From Cetorhinus maximus (lineage: Eukaryota): a stretch of DNA of 64,000 nt. The stretch spans positions 105,214,001-105,278,000 of the forward strand of contig NC_135892.1 of NCBI RefSeq assembly GCF_964194155.1, written 5' to 3'. Position numbers and translations under genes: made by a program. Shown one piece after another: positions 13,826 through 24,862 of this stretch. The notes under the pieces are model-generated. The model was not told the DNA's origin and searched no databases. It worked only from the letters and a program-made list of their open reading frames with translations. Positions within the stretch are counted from its first letter, which is position 1, and every line of letters starts with the position of its first letter.

Positions 13826-15005
13826 GTGTCAGCAGTGGCTCAGTTGGTAGCACTCTCACTTGAATCACAAGGTTCCTGGTTCAAGTCCCACTCCAGACTT
13901 CGAATACAAAAATCAAGGCTGACACTCCTGTGCAGTGCTGCACTGTTGGAGGTGCCGTCCTTCGGCTGAGGTGTTAAACTGAGGCCCCATCTGCCTGCAC
14001 GGGTAAATGTAAAAGATCCCTTGGCACTACTTCGAAGAACAGGAGGAGTTATCCCTGGTGTCATAGAGGTCTACAGCACAGAAAAAGGCCCTTCGGCCCA
14101 TCGAGTCTGCACCGGTCAAACAAGTACCTAACTATTCTAATCCCATTTTCCAGCCCTAGGCCCATAGCCTTGTATGCCATGGCAATTGCACATCCAGATA
14201 CTTCTTAAATGTTATAAGGGTTTCTGCCCCTACCACCCTTTCAGGCAGCGAGTTCCAGATTCCCACCACCCTCTAGGTGAAAAAATTCTTCCTCACATCC
14301 CCTCGAAACCTCCTGCCCTTTACCTTAAATCTATGCCCCCTGGTTATTGATCCCTCCACCAAGGGGAAAAGTTCCTTCCTGTCTACCCTATCTATGCCCC
14401 TCATAATTTTATACACCTGAATTATGTCCCCCCTCAATCTCCTCTACTCCAGGGAAAATAACCCCACTCTATCCAATCTCTCCTCATAACTAAAACTCTC
14501 CAGCCCAGGCAACATCCTGGTAAATCTCCTCTGCACTCTCTCTAGTGCAATCACATCCTTCCTAGAATGTGGATTTCAGAATTGCACGCAATACTCTAGC
14601 AGTGGCCTAACCAGCGTTTTATACAGTTCCAGCATAACCTCCCTGCTCTTATATTCTATGCCTTGGCTAATAAAGGCAAGTATCCCATATGCCTTCTTAA
14701 GCACTTTATCTACCTGTCCTGCTACCTTAAGGGACCAGTGGACATGCACACCAAGGTCCCACTGACCCTTGGTACTTCCCAGGTGTCCTGGTCAATATTT
14801 ATCCCTCACAACATCACAAAGCATATTGTATGCGTCATTATGACACTGCTCTTTGTCGGAGTTTGCTATATGTAAATTGGCCGCCACTTTTCCTGCATTA
14901 GAAGCGTGACTATACTTCAAACAAAAAGTACTCGATTGGCTGTAAAGTGCTTTGAGATGTTCAGTGATTGTGAAAAGTGCGACATAAATTCAAGATTTTC
15001 TTTCT
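13826..15005 (+). mobile_element. tRNA-derived Deu-domain SINE (SacSINE1/AmnSINE-like), split by a CR1
   Basis: A box TGGCTCAGTTGG and B box GTTCAAGTCC, then the Deu-like core ggaggtgccgtc...gtaaaagatccc...ggtgtcctggtcaatattt and an L2-like tail. Confidence 0.75.
14063..14781 (-). mobile_element. Young 5'-truncated CR1 LINE nested in a SINE
   Basis: CR1 ORF2 C-terminus plus tail, with GGTGTC duplicated at 14057-14062 and 14782-14787. The tail is nearly identical to 1482-1575. Confidence 0.8.
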
Positions 15006-16719
15006 TTCTGGGCACTAGAAGAGAAAATAAACTATAGTGGGGTAGCACTGGAAGTAAAGCCATTCCATCGTAGCTCAAAACATTACAAGTTCCAATCCCT
15101 AACCAGGTCAGAATGGAAACTTGGTATGAACACAATGTTCTTCTCCTTTGATGCTGCACTCATCCAGCAGTCCACATGGGAATTGTTAGAAGAAAATTTA
15201 GATGTTTAAACACTTCTAAGCCATGTCTCTGACCCCTTCCCTTTGGTTTTGAACAATCCCACTAAACATACAAGGGTAAAACACACTTTGATGAATACTG
15301 ACTTTTTAAAAGTCATGTTAGTCTTTGTGGTAGATTAGTTCCTCTGCTCACTGTGTAGTGAAAGTGCAATCATGTGTTTTTTCTAATTCATTTACAACGT
15401 TGCTAAATGTTGGCAGAGCAATTCTTTCCCCAATACTTACTTGGCAAAACTTTGGGAGAAGGGAAGTGCGAACAAGATTTCCAGTTAAACCCATGTCACA
15501 TCGCAACAATAAACCGATCCCATTGACTCAATCTTTGCAAAATAGGTGAGGTCATCCCATTAGAGGGGGTAGGTGAATCTTTGCTGTGGGTCTGGACAGA
15601 CCAGATTTCCTTCCCTAAAGGACATTAGCGAACCAGATGGGTGTTTACGACAATCAATGATACGTTTCATGGTCACTATTACTGAGACTAGCTTTCAATT
15701 CCAGATTTTTCAAATTCCTGCAGCTGCCATGGTGGGATTTGAACCCATGTCGCCATTAGCCTCTGGATTACTAGTCCAGCGACATTACCAATATGCTACC
15801 ATCTGCCAGATCAGTAGTTGACAATGCTGAGTAGCTCTACATACATTTGTAATCCCACAGGGGTTAGAAAAAAAATGGATTATTTGAGTCACACTCAATA
15901 AAATTCACTAAGGGTGAGCTTTAAACTTTGTAAAAAGCATCAGATTCAAGTTATTCAACAGGAACTAAAATTTATCTCGACTCAAAGTGGCAATGACTGA
16001 ATCTCACTGTTGAACAAGTGGATGCACTGTCAGTAATAATTTAAAAGAAACATTTTAATTTGCAACAAAAAGTGCCATTCAGCTCCAGGCGAGGCTCTTT
16101 AAGCTTCGAAAGTTTCCACTTCAGCTTAAATTTCCACCATGGTTTTATCACGCAAACCATTTCACGATTGTACCACATTGCAACAGACAAACATACTGAC
16201 AGTTTGAAAAGGTGAAGTTTATGGCTTTTATTCGAACAAATCATAACCCAGTCAACAATAAGACAATAAATTGCAGCGTTTTTTCTCCCCCACCCCCCGC
16301 CCCCCCCGCTGGTTCAAGAGAAAAGGAGGAATTCAACTTCCAAAACCCACAGATTTGTTTTTCTTTTTAAAAAAAAATCCAGATGAGACAAAAACTGACT
16401 TTTATTTTGCTTCAGGCAAATTAGATCCTTTTGGGTCGAATGATGTCTGTGCACATTTCATTTATATATATATATAACTATAGGTTTGAACCGGATTTGG
16501 GAGAGGAGCTCTGAGATCTGCTGCACTTTTTTTTTGGTCCCAAATTTCTTGAGTTTCCTTTGGCAGCAAAGGGACAAATTTCCTGAGGCGGAGCTGAAGG
16601 GAAGGTAATTAATGGTTATTTGAACATAGACACCCAGACACACACACACACAGACACAATGTTAGTCGCTGAGTTAAGTTCCCGAGTGTAATAGAGAGAG
16701 GGGGGGGGGGGTCACTCAC

Positions 16720-16758
16720 CATGTCGTACACATTGAGGATCACCAGCTCGTTGGCCAT
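16720..16758 (-). CDS. DESI2: DESI2 (PPPDE1 deubiquitinase/desumoylating isopeptidase 2), coding exon 1
   Basis: Minus strand reads ATG...GACATG|GTGAGT = MANELVILNVYDM, matching the human DESI2 N-terminus (MGANQLVVLNVYDM) with a phase-0 donor at the same point. It lies in a CpG island. Exon 2 (YW.NEYTSS.GIG) was not found by eye in 1-16719, so it is presumed outside the window. Confidence 0.92.
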
Positions 16759-16759
16759 T

Positions 16760-17620
16760 CTCTCCCGGTCAGTCGGTCAGTCGCTCGAGCGGGCGGCGCG
16801 GGCTGGGCTTTCTCCCTCTCTCTCCTCCCTCACCCCAACCCGCGGCTTCCAGGGGCTATCCTCTCCCCCCCGCTATTCCTCCTCCTCCTCCTCCTCCAAC
16901 CCCCTGCCCTGCCCGGCCCTGTTCCCCCCCACCCTCCTCCGTCTCACCGGGCGAGCCGCCGCCGCCGCCGCTCCTCCACCAACGGCGCGCGAGCCCTCCT
17001 CGATCACCGCATCCCCGTCCCCATCGTCGGCGGACAAAAGGCGAAGCCGGTTCTTTACCCCTCCCCGCGGCCTGGCGGCGCTACAGCGGGAAGAGGAGGA
17101 GGAGGAGGAGGTGGCGGCGGTGGTGATGATGACGACGATGGACATCCGGACCGCGCCACAGGCCAGGGGCGTTACAGCAGGAGGTGGTGTTGAGGAGGGA
17201 AAGCCAGACCTCCTCACCACCCGGGGGCGCTACAGCAGGTGGTGGAATTCCAGTCCTCCCCACCACCCGGGGGCGCTACAGAAGAAGGACGTCGCAGTGA
17301 CGATGGAAATCCATCCAAACCGGAGGCGCCAGAGCAGGATGAGGTGGCGGTGACGATGGAAACTCTGCGCTCCCCACCGCCCGGGGGCGCCAGAGCAGGA
17401 TGCGGTGGCGGTGACGATGGAAATTCTGCCCTCCCCACCGCCCGGGGGCGCTACGCAGGAGGAAGTTGGTGGTGATGGAAATCCAGTCTCCACCTCCCCC
17501 TCCCGGAGCAGGAGAAGGAAGTGTTGATGGAGACCCCGCCCCCAGGAGGAGGGAGCGACTGCGACTCGCAGCGACCGCCCCACAGAAGCGCAGGGCTGAG
17601 GAAATCGAATGCATTCGCAG
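16760..17620. promoter_or_regulatory. DESI2 CpG island (5'UTR/promoter)
   Basis: Very GC- and CpG-rich, with (GCC)n and (CCT)n tracts, directly upstream of the DESI2 ATG. Confidence 0.8.
17068..17510 (+). repeat. GC-rich minisatellite (~46-61 bp unit, ~7 copies), most units carrying a CTCF-like motif
   Basis: Recurring CC(A/G)CCCGGGGGCGC(T/C)A...CAGGA...GGTGGCGGTGACGATGGAAA. Motifs at 17217, 17263, 17316, 17377 and 17438, with degenerate copies near 17068 and 17160. Confidence 0.8.
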
Positions 17621-18444
17621 TCAGGGAGAGAACACAGAAGGTTACAGTGTAGACATCTAAATTAGGATTACAGTTGTCATTAATTTTCACAATAGTCTAT
17701 ATGCGCAAATAGAACAAGTTCCAATGCCACCAAATGCATATGTAAAGCTGAAGATGAATCTTGTATATATAATTGAAGGTGTTTTTCTCCAAATGTAACA
17801 GTCCAGCCATTCACTCCAGATGTACCAAAGGGTTTCAGCGAACCGCAATCAGTTAGGTGCTGCCACTGGACTACACCTAACACTTAGTTCCGCCAGAGCA
17901 AATGGAGTTTTCTGATAAGCAAAACATTAAATGCTGGAAGTGGCACAGCAAGTTAGGAAAGCCCGGAAAGAAAAACATGACATTCTGGAAAAACTCAGCA
18001 GATCTGGCAGCATCTGCGGAGAAACAGTTAACGTTTCGAGTCCGTATGACTTACTTCTTCAGATGCTGCCAGACCTGAGCTTATCCAGAATGTCACGTTT
18101 TTTTATTTCAGATTTCCAGCATCCGCAGCATTTTTGCTTTCATTTCAGTACCTGGAAAATACCTTTTCAGGTGTGCAACAGCTTTGACACAGCAGCCTTC
18201 TCTGAAATGATGAGAACCTCTCTTCCTCTTTCAAATGCTGCCTAATCTCACTGTGGACCATAATATCATCCTGATATTATCTCTATTGGTTCAGGTTTCC
18301 AGAATCTGCATTTTTAAACCCTATTTCCATTTCCTACCACGTATCCTTTTATCTTCACTTAGCTCGACGTGGCTGTGAATTCTGCTCCAATAAAAGAATG
18401 AAGATACTGGCAATCATGTAGGTTGTTGCATAAATAATTGGGGA

Positions 18445-18450
18445 TTTATT
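18445..18450 (-). terminator. Candidate polyadenylation signal of the SYNJ2BP-like gene
   Basis: AATAAA immediately after the TGA (minus strand TGA-AATAAA). Confidence 0.4.
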
Positions 18451-18594
18451 TCATTTCTTTACTGCTGTGAGTTTCAGTGTCCCCATCGCGATGACTACGG
18501 TCACTACAGAAGTTGCTAGAAGGATCCATGGCAATCTACCTTTGCTGAAAGTCCTTGAATTGTGATGCCATTTTTGAGTTTCCTTTCCAGAGTG
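18451..18594 (-). CDS. SYNJ2BP: SYNJ2BP-like, terminal exon (tail-anchor TM)
   Basis: ttttattcttggcag|HSGKETQKWHHNSRTFSKGRLPWILLATSVVTVVIAMGTLKLTAVKK-TGA. A hydrophobic ~20-aa segment flanked by basic residues sits at the extreme C-terminus, as in OMP25. AATAAA follows the stop directly. Confidence 0.75.
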   Translation of the reverse strand, partial: HSGKETQKWHHNSRTFSKGRLPWILLATSVVTVVIAMGTLKLTAVKK

Positions 18595-19469
18595 CTGCCA
18601 AGAATAAAACCAGAAAGTTAGGGGATCAGGGTACAAGACAGTGCTTTATTGTTATTACCTGCATAAACTAGAAGTAAACAGTAATCAAGAAATTAGAAGG
18701 GTGATTTGTTGCAAAAAATGATTTGTTATAGTTTCATAGCCTTTGGGATTTAATTGTGCAATCTGTGAGGCAGTAAATTGTACAACAGGTGGATGGATAA
18801 AGGCAGAAATTTGCAGGTTATCATATCAGTTCAGTTACCCTAACATTCAACTGTATCAGGGAATGGAGGACTGGCAGGTTGGTCAGACAAAAGTTGTCAC
18901 CATTCATTCAGTCTCATATCCTCATTGTTGCTATTTAGTCCTAGTTCTTGGTTCTGTTCAGTCACTACCTTTTTTCATGGATCTGTGAAGCTTTGTAAAC
19001 AATTAGCTGCTCAGGCATCAGGAAGAAACTTTTTTACTTGTCACTATTTACTTGTGACTGCTGACACCCTATCTTGGGGACCTGAAGAGGACTTTGGCCA
19101 CTAGTTTAATATAGAATCATAGAATGGTTACACAGCACAGGAGGCCATTCTGCCCATTGTGTCTATGCCAGCCCTCTGCAACAGCAACACTCAGCTAGTC
19201 CCATTCACCGCCTTTTCCCTGAAGTCCTACAATTCTCTTATGTTCAGATAATTATTTCCTTTTTGAAAGCAATGATTGCTTCACCTCCACCACATTCTCA
19301 GGCACAAAAGTATTTCTTCATGTTGCTTTTGGTTCTTTCGCCATTCACCCTCAGAATGATAGTGCAGTTCCACATACTGAGTCAATGAGGAGTTAACCCA
19401 TAGGGAACAAGATGGTTCCAGGTCTCTGCGATGTTAGCCAAACGCAGCAAGGAAAGTAATGGGCTTGAA

Positions 19470-21645
19470 ATAAAAACAGAAGCTGTTTCTGCATGTCTGA
19501 CAGAGTTAAATGTTTCAGGTCAAGGACCTTCAGAACTAAAGGGAGATGGAAATTTTGACCAAGTGAAGGGGGGTGGGGGCGGGTGCGACATGGTGGGGGA
19601 GGGGGGAGAACAAAAGGGAAGGTCTGTGATAGGGTGGAGGACGGGAGAGATTAACTGACAAAAGATTTCATGGTACAAAAGGCAAAGGCAATGGTAATGG
19701 ATGTAGTAGAGAAGCAAAAGATTTACCCAGAGTGAGTGTGAATGGCAGAATAACAAACAGCTGTGTCTAAAAGCAAAAACATGAAAATCAAGATGGGGGG
19801 GACAGAGTTCATGGTCTGAAACTGTTGAACTCAATGTTGAGTACAGATGGATGTAAAGTGCCTAATCCAAAGATGCAATGTTGTTCCTCAAGCTAACATT
19901 GAGCTACACTAGAACAGTGCAGCAGGCTGAGGATGGAGATGTCCGTGTAAGAGCAAGGTGGAAAATTAAAATAGAAATCCACCAGAAGCTCAAGGACATA
20001 CTTGCGGACTGTGTGGGGGTGTCCCGCAGAGCAGTTACCCAATCAGTGCTTGGTCTCCCCAACATAGAGGAGACTGCATTGTGAGCAGCAAATACAGTAT
20101 ACTAAATTGAAAGAAGCAAACAACCATAGCTGCTTCACCTGGAAGGAGTGTTGAGACTTTGGGTGGTGAGGAGAGAGAAGGTAAAAGGGCAGGTGTTACA
20201 TCTCCTGTGTTTGAATGGGAAGGTTGAGTTGTTGGGAGTGATTGGGGAATGGACCAGGGTGTAACGAAGGAAACAGTCCCTTCGGAACACTGACCGGGAA
20301 GGGGAAGGGAAGATGTGTTTGGTGGTGGCATTACGCCGAAGGTGGCAGGAATGGCAGAGGATGATCCATTGAATGCGGAAGCTGGTGGGGTGGAAGGTAA
20401 GGACAAGGGAAACCTTTTTGCTGTTTTGGATGGAGGGGACCTGGTGAGAACAAAAATGCGGACAATGTGTTGGACACTGTTGAGGACCCTGTCAACCAGG
20501 GTAGGAGTAGTTCTTGGTTGAGGAACAAGGAAGACATATCAGAATTGCTGTTGTGGAAACTTACATCGTCAGAACAGATGCGACAGAGACAGAGAAACTG
20601 AGAGAATGGAATGGAGTCCTTACAGGAAGCAGGGTGTGAGGAACTGTAGTTGAGATACCCGAGTCAGTGGCTTATTATGAATATTAGTTGATAATAGTTG
20701 GTAGTTTATTAGCCAATATTCAATATTCCCTGTCACTATTCCGAAAGGACCATTCCCTCTACAACATCTTGGTCCACTTCTCAATTGCCCAATTCCTCAT
20801 CTCTCTCCCACAGCACCTTCCCATGCAAACACAGGTGTAACACCTGCCCTTTGACCTCTCATGGTGCAAGGTCCCAAACACTCCTTCCAGGTGAAGCAGT
20901 GGTTTACGTGCACTTCTTTCAATTTAGTATACTGTATTCACTGCTTACAATGCAGTCTCCACTACACTGGGGAGACCAAATGCAGATCAGGGTGACTGCT
21001 TTGCAGAACACCTCCTCTCAGTTTGCAAGAATGACCCTGAGCTTCCAGTGGCTTGCATTTTAATTCTCCACCTGTCTCCCATGCAGGCATCTCTGTCCAA
21101 GGCCTGCTGCATTGTTCCAGTGAAGCTCAAAGCAAACTCAAGGAATACACCTCATGTCAATTAGGCACATTTTGGACACAACATTGAATTCAACAATTTT
21201 AGACTGTAATCTCTGTCTCCACCACCCACACATCCGTGCCCCCTCCCCCCAACACCCCTGCATCTTATTTTTCATGTTTTTGCTTTCGGACACAGCTGTT
21301 CATTATTCTGCCATTCACACCCACTCTGGGCAAATCTTATGTTTCTTTACTACAACCATTAACATTACCTTTGCCGTTTGTACCACTAAATTTTTGATAG
21401 TTGATTTCTCCCGCCCTCCACCTTATCACAGACCTCTTTTGTTCTTCCTTCCCCCTCCCCGTCCCACCCTTTCACTAGCTTAAAACCAATATATTTCTAT
21501 CTCCCTTCAGTTCTGAAGAAAAGTCTTTGACCTGAAACGTTAACTCTTTTTCTCCTTCCGCAGACGCTACCAGACCTGCTCAGTACTTCCAGCATTTTCT
21601 GTTTTTATATCAGGTTTCCAGCATCCACAGTATTTTGCTTTTGTT
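19470..21645. mobile_element. Two inverted Penelope-like element fragments (GIY-YIG region plus terminal repeat)
   Basis: The left copy (-) and right copy (+) both encode decayed C/YIGET..R...H GIY-YIG sequence and end in the cagatgctg..agacctgctgag..tccagca terminus. Confidence 0.75.
21509..21545 (+). ncRNA. Minimal type-I hammerhead ribozyme motif in a Penelope terminal repeat
   Basis: AGTT-CTGAAGA-A-AAGTC(TTT)GACCT-GAAA-C-GT-T-AACT. Stem I is AGTT/AACT, the CUGANGA and GAAA cores are intact, and stem III is a palindromic ACGU. Degenerate copies occur in other Penelope ends. Confidence 0.6.
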
Positions 21646-23292
21646 ATGTACTGGGTTTGACTGTGATGCCCTCTACAGTAGGTTGTTCTAGAGAGTCAGT
21701 GTCTAGGTTTAGACGTGAAAGGGGCGAGATTTACCTTGCACAGTAATACAAAGCTCTTTTTTATATTCCATCCAATTTTCTTTGTCATTAACCTCAATGG
21801 TGGAGTGTTAAACAGCCTGCTGATACACGACCACTGGTTTTGTGCTAATGTTTCCCCTTGCCCAACTCTTGGAGATTTAGTGAGGCAATCAGCACCAATA
21901 GAACCTTGTATAAGCAGAAATGAGTCTATCTGTTAAAGAACAGTTCTGAAGAACAGTTACATTCGACTCGACACATTAACTCTGTTCCTCTCTCCACAGA
22001 TGCTGCCAGACCTGCTGAGCTTTTCCAGCACTTTCTGTGATGATAATGTGTTGCTGCTTCTGGATTATCCTTTCTTCATGATATTCCATGGATTTCTCAC
22101 CTCATTTGAGAGTTTTAGACAAGTGCATGTTTGTAGAACAACTAGGGACAGTTTTCTCTGAAAACCTAATGTAGGAACGGGGGTAGACCATTCAATTCTC
22201 GAGCCAGTCCCAGCATTAAATTATATCGTGGCTGATCTGTACCTCAACCCCATAACCCTTGATACTTTTACCTAACAAGAATCTATCAGTCAGTCTTGAA
22301 AACTCGAGTTGTCCCAGCATTCACAGCCTTTTAGAAACTAGGAGCAGGAGTAGGCCATTCATTACGATCATGGCTGATCATCCAACTCAATAGCCTTCTC
22401 CCGCTTTCTCCCTTTTTGGGTGTGAGAATTCGAGATTTCTACTGCGTTTTGTATCTCCTCCTGGATTCACCCAGCAGATGAAATAGTTTCTATTTATCTA
22501 CCTTATCAAATCCTTTTAATGTCTTGAAGACATCAATCAGATTGCACCCCTCAATATACTATACTTAAAGGAATGCAAGCCAAGTTTATGCAAGCTGAGC
22601 TCATAATTTAATCTTCTAAATCCAGCTATCATTCTGGTCTGGATGCACATGTACCATTTTAAATATCAAAATGTCTCCAGTGTTATTGTTCAAGGTAAGC
22701 CAGAGGATATGCTGCTTTGTAAGGATGGAGGGGTTTATACCAAGCCAAACATTAAGTACTATTTTGGGTGGGAGGATCTGTGTCTCTTTAAAGCAATAAA
22801 ATCCACTTGTTAAGTAAATATGATGTAAAATCACTCAGTTTAATTGCAGTTTGGCCAGGATACTTTAAAAAATATGGTGGTCAGTTCTGGTGCCAGATCA
22901 GAAGTACCTATCATTATGTAACTACCTCTTTTTTCTCATGCTTTTTAAGTTTGTTTGCATCTGCAATAAAGTTTCATTTCTGCATGTTCTGTTTTTAATA
23001 TATGTTGTAGATAGATGTGAACCTCTGGAATTCCCACTACATCTCTCTGCCTCACCTTTCTCCTTTAAGACACTTCTTAAAACCTACCTCTTTGACCAAC
23101 CTGCCCTAATATCTCCTTTTGTGACTCGGTGTCATATTTTGTTTTATAATGTCCCTGTGAAGCGCCTTGGGATGTTTTTGCATATTAAAGCACTATATAA
23201 ATGGAAATTTCTGTTGCTGAGCCCAAGAGAAAGCTGTACAATAAAATCTCTATCACATTGTTTTAACACACAGAGGAAGATATTCAAATTAC

Positions 23293-23358
23293 CTGCCAGA
23301 GTTGTGGTGGCTTCCATTCAGCTGTTGAACACACCTCATCGCCAAACTCATATCTGAC
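23293..23358 (-). CDS. SYNJ2BP-like, putative exon 4 (linker, possibly a cassette exon)
   Basis: gtttttcag|VRYEFGDEVCSTAEWKPPQLWQ|gtaatt. 66 nt, phase 0/0, open in frame with good splice sites. No homology recognised. Confidence 0.5.
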
Positions 23359-23916
23359 CTGAAAAACGACACATGAACAGTTTATTAAATGTATGCTTTG
23401 TGTGACATGTAAAAGTGGCTGAGAAATTTGAGCATGCCTGCATGGTGAGAGTTGAGGCATCTCTGATATTGGGCCTATCATGTCTCAACCATGGAGCGGC
23501 TGAGAGCAACAGGCTAGTGCAACAGAAGATCAGGCCACTGCTGGCACCGTAGTGACCTTCAGCCAATGAGAAAAGCCGGGTGGGGGGGTGGTCAGGAAGC
23601 AGAGGGAGCAGTGACCCAGTGGGGCTGGCAGGGAAATTGATTTTGCAGGGAGGGTTAAAATTTTGGGGGAGGGAGGGGTGTTCCCCCAATGCGCACACAG
23701 GGCACTCCTTAAAGGTCGTACCCCTTCCTCCCCGCCTTTTAAACATTTGCCCACTCCTGCCTGCCTGCCTATGCCAACTGTATTACAGCGTGAGCAATGT
23801 ATTGTCCAGGTCAACTGGCTTGTTAATAAGCTCAATTGACCCTTAATTATTTATTTAAATATGGCAGGCTGATTTTAGCAGCTGCCTACCTACTGTGTTA
23901 TGGGGAACAGCTTGGT

Positions 23917-23967
23917 GGGGGGTGGGGGACATCGGGGGGTGGGGGACATCGGGGGGTGGGGGACATC
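23917..23967 (+). repeat. 17-bp G-rich tandem repeat x3
   Basis: Three exact copies of GGGGGGTGGGGGACATC. Confidence 0.9.
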
Positions 23968-24763
23968 CCTTGTATTTTACGTGCTGTCCTCCTGGTGAAA
24001 ACATGCCTGGTGGGGGATGGTATAATCCAGCTCCTTGTTTCTAATTTCTGTGCAAAGAATGCATCAGCTGTTCACTCTCCACTGAGGATATGTGGTGTGA
24101 ACACCTAGGACCAAAAAAAAAATTATAGAAAAGAAAAGGGAGTTGTTCATCAACAAGAGGAAAAAAAATTCCTTATCTCTTTGTAATGTCCAATACTTTT
24201 GCTTCTAGAATATTCTGGCAACATTATATTCTATCCTGTTGCTTTGTGGGTAATGTGCATGCTTTGCTTAAATACAAAACCATGGAGTATAGGTTGAAAC
24301 CAGTGGCTCAGTTAAGGAAGAAACTAAGAATTCCAAAATCTGGTTCTAAGCAGTTTCTTTATGAAAGTATCTCTATGAAAGACATGCTGCACATTACTGT
24401 ATTACTGCATTATTACTGTATTACTGAAAACACAAAAATAAAGAGTTCCATTATACATTTTTAAAATCTATGCAGAATTTGAAATTAGTTTACATGTTGG
24501 CAAAAGTGCTACACGTTTTGCTTACATGATAATTGAATGACCATATATTTATTCAATTGATCTATTAGCATACAGGAACAGAGCGTTCAGGGCTAACCTA
24601 CCTTGATCTGACATGGAATTGGTTTGTGTTACTCTGCTTTCCCTGGTTGGGATGTGATGGAGCTTATTTGCTTTCTATTGAGGTGTGCCATGGGTCCATA
24701 CTGATGTTACCAACCATCAGTTACTTTATTCACAAAAATCTATCACAAAGAATTGTTCCTTAC

Positions 24764-24862
24764 CTGCCTCTCGATTCGTAATACTAACTCATCATTGGTC
24801 ATGTTCCTAAATACCTCTGCTGCTTCCTCATGCAGTATATTAACAAGTGAAATTCCATCAGC
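24764..24862 (-). CDS. SYNJ2BP: SYNJ2BP-like, exon 3 (PDZ C-terminal half)
   Basis: tttag|ADGISLVNILHEEAAEVFRNMTNDELVLRIERQ|gtaagg. 99 nt, phase 0/0. Matches VNGQDLKNLLHQDAVDLFRNAG..VSLRVQHR. Confidence 0.88.

Noticed and set aside
13836-13895. tRNA gene
   Set aside because: The A/B boxes belong to a SINE head, no full cloverleaf is evident, and the sequence continues into the SINE body.
17068-17510. Repeat-spacer appearance (CRISPR-like)
   Set aside because: Eukaryotic DNA, the 'spacers' are homologous to each other, and there are no cas genes. It is a minisatellite.
16721-17690. Cluster of long ORFs on both strands (e.g. 210 aa at 16721-17353)
   Set aside because: Stop-poor by-product of the GC-rich CpG island and minisatellite. 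The translations are low-complexity, and the real exon is the 39-nt DESI2 exon on the minus strand.
24602-24674. Possible extra 73-nt exon (KANKLHHIPTRESRVTQTNSMSDQ, AAG|gtaggt donor)
   Set aside because: Weak acceptor, and its phase-1 end gives an immediate stop in the next candidate exon. It cannot be supported without RNA data.
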